Assembly (NCBI GenBank): GCA_024679065.1
Contig: JAGIQG010000021.1
Coordinates: 23,374,001 to 23,438,000 of the forward strand
Direction of reading: 5' to 3'
DNA: 64,000 nucleotides
DNA from: Sphyrna mokarran
Taxonomy: Eukaryota
The translations under genes were made by a program, and so were the position numbers. Shown here piece after piece: positions 26,583 through 38,636 of this stretch (the first letter of the stretch is position 1; every line of letters starts with the position of its first letter). Under the pieces are notes generated by a model. The model searched no databases. It saw only the letters and a list, made by a program, of their open reading frames with translations, and had not been told where the DNA came from.

Positions 26583-28600
26583 TCGGAAGTCTTTTAAGGA
26601 GCAATTAATTGAAATGTAGGACAGGCATCTGCCTATGGAAAGGAAAGGCAGGATTCAGGAATCAGGGAAATTGTGAGCCCAGTCAAAAAGAAAAAGGATG
26701 CGTACATGTGGTATAGGTAATTAAAAACAGATGAAGCATTTGAAGAATAGGGAATGTAGAAAAGAGTTCAAACAAGGAGTTAGGGGGCAAGAAGGGGTCA
26801 TAAAATATCCCTGGCAGACAGGATTAAGGAGAATCCCAAAGCATTTATACATATATTAGGAACAAGAGGGTAGCTAGAGAAAGAGTTGGTCCACTTAATG
26901 ACACAGGAGGGAAATTATGTGTAGAACCAAAGGAAGTGGGTGAGATCCTTAATGAATACTTTGCATCAGTACTCACAAAAGAGAGAAACGTATCGATTCT
27001 CAGTGTTTTGGAGGGTAATGTAAACCCTTTAGAAAAAAGTCATCATTATGAGGGAGAAAGTATTAGGTGAATTAAAAAGCATTAAAATAAACAAATCTCC
27101 AGGGACAGATGGCATGTGTCCCATATTCCTGAGGGAGACAAGAGATGAAATTGCTGGGTAGCTAACAGAAATCTTTTTTTCTTCGTTGGCTACTGGTGAG
27201 GTACCCGAGGATTGGAGGATAGCCAGTGTTGTCCCATTATTTAAGAAGAGTAACAAGGATAATCCAGGTAATTATAAGCCAGTGGACTTGATGTCAGTGT
27301 TATGAAACTGTTGGAGAGGATTCTTAGGAATACGACCAATATGTATTTGGAACTGAATGGTCTTGTTAGTGACAGATAGCATGGTTTTGTACATGGGAGA
27401 TCATGTCTCACTAATTTAACTGAGTTTTTGGAGGAGGTGACAAAAATAATTGACGATGGAAGAGCTGTGGACATTGTCTACATTGACTTTACAAGTCATT
27501 TAACAAGGTCCCTTTGGCAGGCTGGTGCAAAAGATTAAGTCTCACGGGATCAGTGGTGAACTAGCTAGATGGATTCAGAACTGGCTTGGCCATAGAAGAC
27601 AGAGAGTAGCAGTAGAAATGTGTTTTTCTGTTACTTGTGGTGTTCTGCAAGGATCAATGTTGGGACCTCTACTGTTTGTAATACATGTAAATGACTTGGA
27701 AGAAAACATTGCTGATATGATTAGTAAGTTTGCGGATCATACTAAGATTGGCAGAGTTGTAGATAGTGATGAAGACTGTCAGAGAATACAGCAGGATATA
27801 GATCAACTGGAAAATTGGGCAGAGAATTTAATTCAGACAAATGCAAGGTGATGCATTTTGGTAAATCTAATTCAAGTGGGGGCTATAAAATAAATGGCAG
27901 AACAATCAGGAGCATAGATACACAGAGACCTGTGAGTACAGGTCCACAGATCCTTAAAAGTGGCAGCACAAATGAAAAAAATGGTGAAGAAAGCATATGG
28001 CATGCTTGCTTTCACTGGAGTATATCAGTATAAAAGTTGGCAAATTATGTTACAGTTGTATAAAATGTTGGGTAGGCCACATTTGGAATATGCTGGTCAC
28101 CACACTACCAGAAATACATGGAGGCTTTGGAGAGAGTGCAGAAAAGGTTTACCAGGATGTTGACTGGTATGGAGGGTATTAGCTGTGAGGAGAGATTGAA
28201 CAAACTGGGATTGTTCTCCCTGGAGAGACGAAAGCTGAGGGGCAACGTGACAGTTTATAAAATTATGAGAGGTATTGATAGGGTGAACAGTTGGGAGATT
28301 TTTTTCCAAGGCAGAAATGACATTTAAAGGGGGCACAAGTTCAAGATACAGGGGGAAAAGTTCAGTGGAGATGTGCAGAGGAAGAATTTTACACAGAGAG
28401 TGGTGGGGGCCTGGAATGCACTGCCAAGTGAAGTGGTTGAGGCAGTTATGTTAGCTAGATTTAAGACTTACTTTGATAGGCATATGAACAAATGGGGGAT
28501 AAAGGAATATAAGCAGTTGATTTAAATACCTAAATGTGTTCAGTGCAGACCTGGAGGGCCGAAGGGCCTGTTCCTGTGCTGCACTGTTCTTTGTTCTTTG
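26583..28600 (+). mobile_element. CR1 LINE, long ORF2 remnant (RT) with 3' tail
   Basis: KSPGTDG, NYKPV, SCLTNLTEFLEEVT, GVLQGSMLGPLLFVI, SKFADHTK. Stops and frameshifts. Confidence 0.9.
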
Positions 28601-28604
28601 ACTG

Positions 28605-28850
28605 CCTATATGGAATTTGCACTTGCTCCTCTTATCTGTGTGGGTTTCCTGCAGATGCAAGGTTCCCTTCCACAGTCCAAAAATGTACAGGGTAGGTTGA
28701 TTGGACAAGCTGCATTACCCCTTATTTTCTAAGATGTGTGTGTTAGGGGGATTGATGAGGTTACAGGGATAGGCTCTGGGTAAGATGAATCAGTGTTGAC
28801 TTGATGGGCCAAATGGCTTGCTTCTGCACTATAGGATTCTATTCTATTCT
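28605..28850 (+). mobile_element. V-SINE, truncated, CR1-type tail
   Basis: V-domain and ATTCT-repeat tail. Confidence 0.75.
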
Positions 28851-29667
28851 AATGTACTTTACACCATAATTACATTTTTGAATCACTAAAAAATGCCTCT
28901 GTAAATATGTTTGTTGTAAACTAAAAAACACTGTTCGTGTAGTAAAATCTGTGTTTTTGTTTACTCTTTCCAGTGACTAAAAAATATTTTCAACTTTGGA
29001 GTCAGAAATTTACATATTACCGGTATGTGTGGCTTGCTCAAAACACAGAATTGTCAAAAGTCCGTACGTCAGCCAGTTGGTTCTATCAGGAGCAGTGTAA
29101 TCTCCTTTGATAACCTTTACAACAAAATCACATACAATCATAGAATGTACAGTTTTGCTTTCCACGTTTCACAGTTCTCTCATAGATGAACCACAGCTCT
29201 CACTTGCATTAATATCTGGGTAAAGTTAATAAAATGCAAAGTTAATGATTAGAAAATCTCTTTTTTTTTCCTGATTGTTCTAGCTACTCTTTCTATACTG
29301 TGCCTTCAGGCTTTTTCCTGACCAGTTCCCTTTTGAAGATTCTAGGTAGACTAGCTTCAAACGCTACAGATCAGCACCCTTTAAAGGCTCCGGGTGGAAT
29401 TAGAATAACTGCCTGTTAAATTCAAAAAGAACTTCCAATCAAACAGACAAACTGTTCATCTTGGGATTGATTGCTTTTGCTCTCTACCTGAACACTTGAA
29501 TTCAGGCAAACCTTTTGGTGTTTCAGTGAAAAGATTTGGAACGTGCTTCTGTTACGGAAACTGATTTTTAATCTTTTTGTTTTGTCATAGAATCACATAG
29601 ACAGACAAAAAAAAAACAGACTCTGTGAACAAATGATTGTCTCAATTTTTTTTTGTCAGAAGACATT

Positions 29668-30773
29668 GGGCCAGATTTTACCAATCGGAGGCTAAGTACC
29701 AGGTCCGGACGTAAAACGGACCCGAACCCAGAATTCTTGTTTCAGCGTGCCCATACACTTTTAACCTGGGTGAGGCTTAGCGCTGCCACGATAATCGGAG
29801 CTCTGAACTGCGCATACTGCACTCAATGGAGAGCCTGCAGCACCTTCCTTGCCTTCCGCTGGTGTCTGCCGGAGGAGGGGGGAACAGGCTCAGATGGATC
29901 TCGTTGCGGCGATAGAAGAGATTCTCCCAAGTCCATCCTCCTCCCCCCCCCCCCCCCCCGCTTGCCCCCCCACCCCCGTCCTCCACCACTTCCCTTCCCC
30001 AAGCAGAGATCCATCTGAACCTGCACCCCCTCCCCTCTGGCAGATGCCAGCAGAAGGCCAGGATGTTTCTGCAAGCTCTCCAACGAGTGCTATAAAGAGT
30101 CTTACAACACCAGGTAAAACTCCAACAGGGCTTTAACCTGGTGTTGTGAGACTTTTTACTGTGTTTACCCCAGTCCAATGCCAGCATCTCCACAGCAACG
30201 AGTGCAGCTCAGAAGGATGGTGGAGGAAGAGCAGCAATCCAGGTAGGTTGGGGATGTGCTCTGCCAAGGGGGAGCCTGCCTCTGTGGGGCTGAAGGGGAG
30301 GTCTCTGCTGGGGGGCCTGTCTCGCAGGGGGGGGGGTGATCATGGGGGCTGGGAGGTTGCCTCCCAGGGGGTTCGGATCGCAGAGGGGGGGTTCTGCCAG
30401 GTGGTTAGTGGGGGGGGTCTGCGAAGGGTGTTTGAGGAGGTTGGGCTTCAAAGGTTCCCTTACAGAATAGGAATCCGCTTTGGATTTTTGTTCTGCAGGT
30501 CGGTAACAGCGCAGATCCGAAATGGATCCGAAGATGGTAAAGTAGGATTTGGTGGTAGAGTTGGGTGCATGGTTCATTAAGTCGATTTAAACGCATGTTA
30601 ATACATTTAAATCGTTGAGCCGCCCCATTGGGACTTGGACCAGATCCGCACTCAAATGGGGCATCAGCAGAGAAGTGATCTGCTCAGTTTCAGCTGCATA
30701 TCGTGTCATAGGCCCAAATTTACCGCGATTTTGTGCCCGAAAATGGGCACAAATCTTTGGTAAAATTGGGCCC
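29668..30773. mobile_element. PIF/Harbinger-type non-autonomous MITE, family A
   Basis: TIRs GGGCCAGATTTTACCAA and TTGGTAAAATTGGGCCC (15/17 match). 3-bp TSD ATT (29665-29667 / 30774-30776). GC-rich, no transposase. Confidence 0.8.
30091..30195. mobile_element. 105-bp inverted PLE mini-insertion inside a MITE
   Basis: 10-bp TSD CAACGAGTGC (30081-30090 / 30196-30205) and internal 22-bp inverted arms. Confidence 0.8.
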
Positions 30774-30984
30774 ATTGACATTACCTAGTATGCATTTCAG
30801 CTTATCTGCATTTGGTTGATTATGAAGCTTTAAAACAATTCGAAGCTACACCAAGTCCGAACGCAAATGTTGACAACTGTGAGGCTCATCGAGTTTCATG
30901 AAGACTGTTTTTAAAACCTATCTGTTGTGTATTTAAAGTGGTTGCATCTCCTCTGGCAAAATGTTATGTGATCTTTAGTGACAT

Positions 30985-31314
30985 GTAGAATCATAGAATT
31001 TCTACAGTGCAGAAGGAGGCCATTTAGCACATTGAGTCTGTACTGACTACAATTCGACCCAAGCCCTATTTCCATATCCCCCACACATTTAGCCTGCTAA
31101 TCCCGCCGACACCACGGTTGATTTAGTATGACCAGTCAGCTTAAACTGAACATCTTTGGACTGCAGGAAGAAACCAGAGCACCCGGAAGAAACCTATGCA
31201 GACAGGAGGAGAATGTGCAAACTCCACGTAGACAGTGACTCAAGGCTTGAATTAAACCCGGGCCTGTGGCACAGTGAGACATCTGTGCTAACCACTGTGC
31301 CAGCGTGCCACCCC
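30985..31314 (-). mobile_element. Full-length V-SINE inserted in the Gypsy 5' LTR
   Basis: Complete head to tail. 7-bp TSD GTGACAT at 30978-30984 and 31315-31321. Confidence 0.9.
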
Positions 31315-33311
31315 GTGACATAAGCAGATCTTTGCGTGCTTTTATATCTCTTTCATGTTAGATCTGTAACAAGCAACACCTTCTGAAAAACCTGCATCGT
31401 GTTTTACTACAACTCACTAGTATGGCACCTCATTATTATTCCCTTTGTGGTGGTTCCTGGTCAATAGGTAACAAGAAGAAATTGGCGATGAGAGACAGAG
31501 AATTCTTTTTTCCGACTACGTTCAAAGGGAACGAAACCCAGCACTTTGGATTTAAAAATCAATCAAAGGCAAAGAATAGAATCTCCGGGGCACTACAATA
31601 ATAGATTTAGAAAGAAACAGAAACCATGAGTAAGCAAGAAACAAAGGTTAAATTTACTGAGCATTCAATAAAGTGGGTAGACTTCCAAGATGCAGACATT
31701 GCACATATGCTGAAGGCAACCGGGCTGTGGGAACTGAGACTCTCAGAACCAAACAGTCTATGAGACCTTATCGAGAACTTACTATTGGGAGAACGGAAAC
31801 AAAGGGAGACAATGGAATTGTTAGCTAAGATACACTCTTGCATTGTACAAGAGAGAGCGGGAAAACAGCAGAAAGTATCAAACCCAGGAGCCTATAATCA
31901 AAAGAAAATGATGGGAAAATAGAGTGTTGTGGATGTATTTGATGAGAATTGAGAAACTAGAACTCATACAAAGAAAGATTCCAGTATTATCTTCAAACAG
32001 ATCAAATACTGGGTGACCTAAAGATTCAAACATTTCACAATTTAGTAGGTCACAAATAATTACTACAAAGTTTAGTCCATCTAGCAAAACCAGGAGTTAA
32101 AACCTATGATGAACTGACAAAAGTTTTAGAGGAGCATTTCTCTCCTAAACCAAGCATTATTACAGAAAGACCTAATTTCCACTGCTGAAACCAGGAAGAA
32201 GGTAAAAGCATTTCACAGTTCTTGGTATCTTTACAAAGGCTAGCTCAATATTGTGAATTTGATGTGACTGCAGTAGGTTGGAATGTGGACTCCAGAATGA
32301 AACTATAGCGATAAATGAAACTATTGCGATAAAATTTCAGTAAGAAATCAGGGTCAGCAGATTTCTTACTGACCCTGAAATCAGCAGTGGACGTTGCAGT
32401 TTCAAAGGCGCTGGCAGTGTTTGACTCTTTGCAGATCAGGCTTGGGGCAAAAATCCACAAAATAGAGGCCACTAATAAGTAAGTCTGCAAAACAACAGGC
32501 ATAACATTAATGTGCATAAGTTGATTACTCAGCGGGGCAGTATTGGAGTAGGGAAAACAAGTGCAAGAATTGTGGCATGAAGGGCCATATTTCCAAAGCA
32601 TGCCGGACACAGCAAACTTCCTCTACACCAAAAATGTGTGAGAGAGAGAAAACATGCAAATCTGCAGGAAAAATTAACCGGGTGTCAGGTGAACAGGAAA
32701 ACAACGTAGAAGACAATGTGCCAGAATAAGTATAATTGATATCTGAGACAATCTATAAGAAGAAGCTGAAACGTTTACCATTCAAATCATCAAATGTTAT
32801 CCTAAGGACATACACAGAAAACAGCTGCCTCTCCATGTTATTCATGGAAGTTTTCCTGCTTTATTCAGTAGAGTGTGTTTGGGGAAAATCAAATTCATCT
32901 GGGAAACTGTAAATTAATTGATAGCATGACTGACCTGCAGCAACTTCTGCAAAAGCCTCTGTGACTGGAGTTGAAATCTTACTCAAAATTAAGCCTTACT
33001 GTGCATCAATGTTTATAAAAGCCAGATGAGTATCATATGCCGTCAGACCAAAAGTCAGAAAAGAATTAGAAAGACTGGTCCAAACTAAAGTCATTGAACC
33101 AGTTACTATAAGTAATTAGGTTACATCAATTATGCATATAATAAAATGATGTGGAGACGGCAAGACAATGATTCACCTATATTGTGTGGTGATCAATATC
33201 TGCTGCTGCTGATTGAATACTTACTTTCTGGACTACCTAGAGATCAGAAATTCAGTAAAAATAGATATATCACAAACATACTTACAAGTGAACTTGGCTG
33301 CGAGTTCATAA

Positions 33312-33612
33312 CTGTGTGGCACTGTGGTTAGGACTGCTGCCTCACAGCACCAGGGACCTGGGTTTGATTCCCAGCTTGGGTCACTGACTGTGCAGAGTCT
33401 ATACGTTCTCTCTGTGTCTGCGTGAGTTTCCTCCGGGTGCTCCGGTTTTCTCTCATAGTCCAAAAGACGTGCTGGTTAGGTGTATTGGCCATGCTAAATT
33501 CTCCCTCAGTGTTACTCAAACAGGCACCGAGTGTGGTGAGCAGGAGATTTTCACAGTAACTTCATTGCAGTTTTAATCTAAGCCTATTTGTAACAATAAT
33601 AAATAAGCTTAA
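33312..33612 (+). mobile_element. V-SINE, type-b tail, inserted in the Gypsy RT
   Basis: Complete head, V-domain and tail. RT coding resumes after it. Confidence 0.85.
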
Positions 33613-33833
33613 ACTTGACATTATTCACTATCGTGACACTCACAGGTTTGTTTCAAAACAGGAGACTGCCATTTGGGATAACAACCACAACTGTTCTATT
33701 CCAAAGGTCCATGGATCAAATTCTGAATGGACTAAATGATGTACAGTGTTATCTAGAATTCTCATCACAGATTCAAGTGAACAAGAGCACTTGAAGGGCT
33801 TGAAAGCTACACTGAAATCTCTGCAAAAACATA

Positions 33834-34915
33834 GGGTGAAATCTTATCAAGAAATAGCAGTGTTGTTTCTGGCAAAAAAAGATGGTGTTTTTTTCTCCAA
33901 AGAAATCATTCAGTTTTCTCCCTAGATCTTATGACACGCTGCCAAAAAAAAACAAAGGGGCCATATTTCACATGGACACACTGGTAAAACCTGGTTGCAT
34001 AGAGATCGAGACACCATCTTTTAAGACCGCCCCAATCAGAGCAGCAATAAACCACCCCCCACACCATTACGGAGGTCTCAGGGAACTCCCTCCTCACCCT
34101 CGATCAGAGCCAGCATTCATCTTCACCTACCTCCCCCACAATCATTGGCCACTTTTTCCTCCCTCCACTACAATAATCGACCTCTTTTCCCCACTCCCGC
34201 AATCATCAACCCCCTTCTCCCCACTCCCGCAATCATCAACCCCCTTCTCCCCACTCCCGCAATCATCGGCCCCTTCTCCCCACTCCCACAATCATCAACC
34301 CTCTTCTCCCTACTCCCACAATCATCGTACCCCCACCTCCTCCTGCAATCATCGACCCCTCCCACTTACCCACCAAACAACCATTGCCAGCACCCTCTGC
34401 TTCTCTGTCAGTTCCAATACACAACCACATCTGCATGAAGTGCCCCACCCCCCCCCGAGGTTCCACTGGGGTCTGTCCTGTGGCACAGATTGGCACTGCC
34501 AGGATGGTATGGTGCCAACCTGCCAGTGCCAACCTGTGCCAAAGGGCAGTGCCTGGAGCAATTGCAGGACCTTGTCCTTCAACCCCTAGAGGCTACACTT
34601 ATCTTTATATCCAGACAAATCCCCACAACAGGTTCACGTCTATGTGAATCTGTTGTAAACCATGATGGTGTGACATTATGCCAACACAGTTTGAAGATAT
34701 GAGTCAAGATACAGCAGTGAGGTGTTTAATTATATAAAAATGCATGTAGATCAGGGTCACACTTGTTATGGCATCGTTATGATCTGATGACGTTGTCAGT
34801 GAGGGGCGGGGAAGATCCAAAGTCACATTCTCGCCAATGAGAACTGCGACTTCTGGATCTTGAGCCCCGCTGACGTTCACGTGGATGGTGAATGCAGGCT
34901 CCCTCTCGACAGAAA
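33834..34915. mobile_element. GC-rich non-autonomous DNA element inserted in the Gypsy RT
   Basis: Interrupts the RT reading frame, starts GGGTGAAATCTTA, and shares the TGGCACTGCCAG/GGGCAGTGCC core with the family B MITEs. Confidence 0.55.
34171..34360 (+). repeat. 30-bp minisatellite (AATCATCAACCCCCTTCTCCCCACTCCCGC), about 6 units
   Basis: Directly visible tandem units, near-identical at 34201-34260. Explains the repetitive 235-aa ORF. Confidence 0.9.
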
Positions 34916-35334
34916 ATGCAGGCACTAGACAGAAAACAGAAGAGGTAGAAGCAGGACTAGGCCACAAAACCCATAAAGCCTTACCCACCATTCAATGCGA
35001 TCGTGGTTAATCAATGCTTGACTTCAACTCTTTCTAGTGCCATTCCTTATAGCCCCTTACACGAATGCAAAAAGCTTACAAAGTGATAAAAGAAGCCTTA
35101 ATGAAGTCTTCCATTTAAATCCCAAATTGAAATTATGACTTGCTTGTGATGCATTGTCCTATGTGAAATGTTCAGTTCCTTCATACATAACACCCTTAGA
35201 AGAAAAATAACCAATAGCCTTGTCTTCACAAACATTTCCCAGTGCAGCACTGAATTACGCTGAGCTAGAAAAACTAACTTTGTGTATTAATTTGGAGTAA
35301 AAAGATTTAATCACCACCTTTATGGGAATCGTTT

Positions 35335-35770
35335 GATTTGATTTTTGATTTGATTTATTATTGCCATATGTGTTGGTATACAGCGAAAAGTATTGTTTCT
35401 TGCACACTACACAGACAAAGCATACCAATTATAGGAAAGGAAGGGAGAGAGTGCAAAATGTAGTGTTACATTCATAGCTAGGAAGTAGAGAAAGATCAAC
35501 TTAATGTGAGATAGGTCCATTCAAAAGTCTAATGGCAACAGAAAGAAGCTGTTCTTGAGTTGGTTGGTACATGATATCAGACTTTATTTATTTTTTTCCC
35601 GATGGAAGAAGGTGGAAGAGAGTATGTCCAGGGTGCATGGGATTCTTGATTACGCTGGCTGCTTTTCTGAGGTGGTGGGAAGTGTAGACAGAATCAATGG
35701 ATGGGAGGCTGGTTTGCAAGATGGACTGGGCTTCATTCATGACTCTTTGTAGTTGCTTGCAGTCTTGGAC
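35335..35770 (-). mobile_element. Rex1-type LINE 3' end inserted in the Gypsy RNase H
   Basis: Same sequence as 14545-14990, with a (TTGAT)n tail. Confidence 0.8.
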
Positions 35771-38329
35771 ATTTGATACTTTTGACAGATCACAAAGCCT
35801 TGATGACAATTTTCAGGCCATATAAATTATTCCTTCTTTAGGTTACAAAGATGGGCTTTGATATTATTAGCATACACCTACAATAATAAATATCATCAAT
35901 TGAAGCAACATGCCAATGCTGATGCTTTGTCAAGATTGCTGTTACAAATCAAGCAAAACCTGAAGAAAATTTTGTTAATGTACTATATTCCTCTCAATGG
36001 ATAGTTTATCTGTTCAGATACTCACAAAAGCTGATCCAGAGATGGGGAAGATTAAGAATATGTTCCTAAAAGGAACAAAGGAACAAAGGACATCAAAAAC
36101 AATCTAACCTTACATCACAAGAAGATTTGAGTTGACAGTCTAGAATGCATTTTTGTGATAGGGAAGTGATTATTCCTCCATGCTTGTATGGAAGAATCCT
36201 TGAACAGTTATATGAGGGACATCCTGATGTTGTAAGAATGAAGGGACTGGCATGTAGCTATTTTTAGTGGCCAGGGTTAGAAAAAAATGGAAGAAAAAGT
36301 GAGGCAATGTCAATTCTGTGCAAAATTGAGAAACAGTCCACCCTTCAGCCCTTATTTCCATGGGAATGGCCAAAACAGCAATAGCAGACAAAACACAAAC
36401 AATAAGTTGGCCCAATAGAGGGACACATGTTTCTAGTGTAGGTAGATGCACGATCTAAGTGCTTGGAAGTAGTGATCATGACATTCACAACAGCAGAAAA
36501 GAATATTAAAATGTTGGATGAAATATTTACTAGATTTGGTAAATCTGAGCAAGAAATAAGTAACAATAGGACACAGTTTACTACGAAGGAGTTTGGAAAC
36601 TTCTTGAATGGAAATGATAGCCAACATAAAAAGTCAGCTCTGTACTGACCAATGGATTGGCCAAATGATTTGCACTGTCGCTAAGGATATAAAGGACCAA
36701 GGGACATTGTCAAGACGAGTAAATCAATTCTTGTTATCCTACAGGAACACCGCACACGCAACAACAACAGAATTCAGCTTTTAAAAAGCAAACTTAGAAC
36801 AAAGTTTGACCTTTTAATACCACCTGATAATGAATGACAACAAAAAAAGCACTGATTGCTAGGACAGAACAAAACTCTAAAGAGTGCATTTATTTCAGGG
36901 GAACAAATACCAACAAGAAGCTATACTACCAATGATAAAGGGTACCTGACATCATTTTAGCAAAAGCAGTTCCAAAATCTTACACCATTCAGACAGATGA
37001 TGAGAGAGTTTGACATCATCATAAATATTAGCCTCAAGGTGTGAAATTACTTTAGCTTCACCAGAAATATTCACATCAGAAATACTCAATAATGATACGT
37101 GTGAACAGAAACTAACCAGAGACACATCCAGATGTAGTTTCTGATGAATCTACAACATCGATGGAAACTGACAATGAAATAGTTTCATATGGAGAATTAC
37201 CAATAGAAGAAAAAGAGGACACTTCAAAGGTCTTGAGTAGCCAAATTCCAGAGCGTCGGGTACAACTCAAAAGAAATGGGCATCCAGCTGAAAGACTATC
37301 TTATTCGTTTGATCTATGCATGGGAAATAATGGTGCACAGTGATCTATCGAGTGAGTAGTTGAAACATTGGAGAAAAATGTCATGAGAACTAAAGAAGAT
37401 GAACGGATGTTATATATTTAAAATGGTCGCATCTTTTTTGGTGCAATGTCACATGACCTGTAGTGACATGAGTTGGGAGATTTGCGAGTTTTTGTGGATT
37501 TTTCATTTTATTCCTGGAACAAACAACAGCTTCTTAATAAACCTACATCATGTTCTACTACAATACAATACTGTGGCACGTCATTGCTTTTCTCTTTATG
37601 GTAGCTATCAATCGACACTTAACAATATTATTCCATTTCACATTTCCATTCACTGTCACGGTGGAATGTTAGTTCCCTACTGTTTTAAAACTGTCTCTGC
37701 TCATTTTAAAATCAAGCAATATCCTAGGAAAACCAACAATAAATCCTGCTTAGTCATTGTTTTTAGATACTCCTTTATTTGATACCCTCATAAGATTTCA
37801 CTTCTGTCTTTCAACATGAAGCTATCTTTAACGTTTAATATATGACGTGAATTTATTGCACAAATAATGGCAACGTATAGTTAAATAATTCCAATAGATA
37901 GGCTTCAATTCCTCCAAAAGACACAACAATAAATAAGCATAATCTTTACGAAAGAAAGAAATTGCAAGGTTTTAACAAATACTGAACATTTAATGATGAT
38001 TATTTCAGCTTTCCAAAAAACAGAAGTTCTTCTCATTTTTACAATTCAGATATGCCTAGGTTTTACAAATCAAAAGGACTGTGACAAAATTATGTTTTTG
38101 AAGATCTGAAATTTCCACATGTAAACCAACAAAACTTGAGGTGTTAACACGAAATCACTGCTATAAATCAGCAGCAACTTTCACATTCACTTCATATTAA
38201 GTTTCTCTACACCCTAGCTATGACATTGCATCCCACCCCCTCTCCTTTCCTTCTTCCCTATGTACTTTATGAACCGTGTGCTTTGACCATACAGTGCGCA
38301 AGAAACAATACTTTTCAGAAACAAAAACA

Positions 38330-38636
38330 AAGTCCCTACAGTGCAGAAGGAGGCTATTTGTCCCATCGACCCTGCACCCACCACAATGTCACCCAGCCCC
38401 TATCCCCATAGTCCCATGTATTTAGCCTGTTATTCCCCCTGACACTAAGGATCAATTTAGCATGGCCAATCAACCTAACACGCACATCTTTGGACTGTGG
38501 GAGGAAACTGGAACACTGGGAGGAAACTCATGGAAACATGAGAAGAACGTGCAGAATCCACACAGTGACCCAAGCTGGGAATCGAACCCGGGTTCCTGGT
38601 GCTGTGAGGCAGCAGTGCTACCACTGTGCCACTCCC
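38330..38636 (-). mobile_element. V-SINE nested in a Rex1-type LINE 3' end (~38165-38690, +)
   Basis: The SINE interrupts AAACAATACTTTTCA..CTGTATCCCAATGCATGTGACAATAATAAATCAAA. Confidence 0.8.

Larger units (their letters stand above)
30878..37624 (+). mobile_element. Full-length decayed Ty3/Gypsy LTR retrotransposon (Mag clade / K02A2.6-like)
   Basis: 5' LTR ~30878-31475 and 3' LTR 37379-37624 align (shared TAGTGACATG, AAACCT.CATC.TGTT.TACTACAA, TGGCAC.TCATT). PBS-like TGGCGATGAG at 31483; purine run before TG at 37379. Gag (KTYDELTKVLEEHFSPKP, LQRLAQYCEF, CKNCGMKGHISKAC), RT (CGD, RLPFG, FQRSMDQILNGL..VQCYL), RNase H (LACDA, LTDHK, NADALSRL) and integrase (GHPDVVRMK, CQFC, VDARSK, NNRTQFTTKEF). 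Confidence 0.9.

Noticed and set aside
34171-34360. Regularly spaced ~30-nt repeats resembling a CRISPR array
   Set aside because: Head-to-tail tandem repeat with no unique spacers, in a eukaryotic context with no cas genes.
33882-34589. Longest ORF (235 aa, Pro/Ser/His-rich)
   Set aside because: Arises from a C-rich 30-bp minisatellite inside a MITE nested in a Gypsy. No domain and no gene context.
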